This document shows positions 63,931 to 64,000 of a DNA stretch of 64,000 nt, in pieces. Within the stretch, counting starts at the first letter, position 1; each line of letters starts with the position of its first letter. The DNA lies in assembly GCA_022605425.2 (NCBI GenBank), contig JAKIMF020000007.1, positions 1,116,001 to 1,180,000 on the forward strand. Reading direction: 5' to 3'. Below the pieces are notes generated by a model. That model saw only the letters and a list, made by a program, of their open reading frames with translations, was not told the origin of the DNA and ran no database searches. The stretch comes from Hamiltosporidium tvaerminnensis FI-OER-3-3. Its lineage: Eukaryota; Fungi; Microsporidia. Position numbers and translations under genes: made by a program.

Positions 63931-64000
63931 TTTTACATGGCAATTACCTACAATTTAAGCAGAGGTCTGCAATCTGGTTACAAGAAAAACTAAAAATAAA

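Overview
Very AT-rich, gene-sparse eukaryotic DNA. The CCC/GGG motifs just before start codons, secreted LRR/orphan proteins and 'QQGVNN/HPVNN' low-complexity inserts point to a large-genome microsporidian, Hamiltosporidium-like (inference). Host genes: a secreted LRR protein, a Nug1/GNL3-like GTPase with degenerate motifs, a small coiled-coil ORF, a single-pass membrane orphan, a giant repeat-inflated cullin containing TTAGGG tracts, and a signal-peptide protein ending in an SDT1/PHM8-like HAD nucleotidase. Three of these are split into two ORFs that a short GT-AG intron or +1 shifts could rejoin. Mobile DNA dominates 30-50 kb: four copies of an R4/Dong-like RT+RLE non-LTR retrotransposon (intact, disrupted full-length, 5'-truncated with 13-bp TSD, and heavily decayed), a DD34E Tc1/IS630 element with a retro copy at each TIR, and a plant-mariner-type DD39D element. 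There is also an rve integrase relic at about 21.5-22 kb and a ~480-bp GC-richer dispersed repeat present twice. No rRNA, tRNA or CRISPR was seen. All alignments were done by eye.
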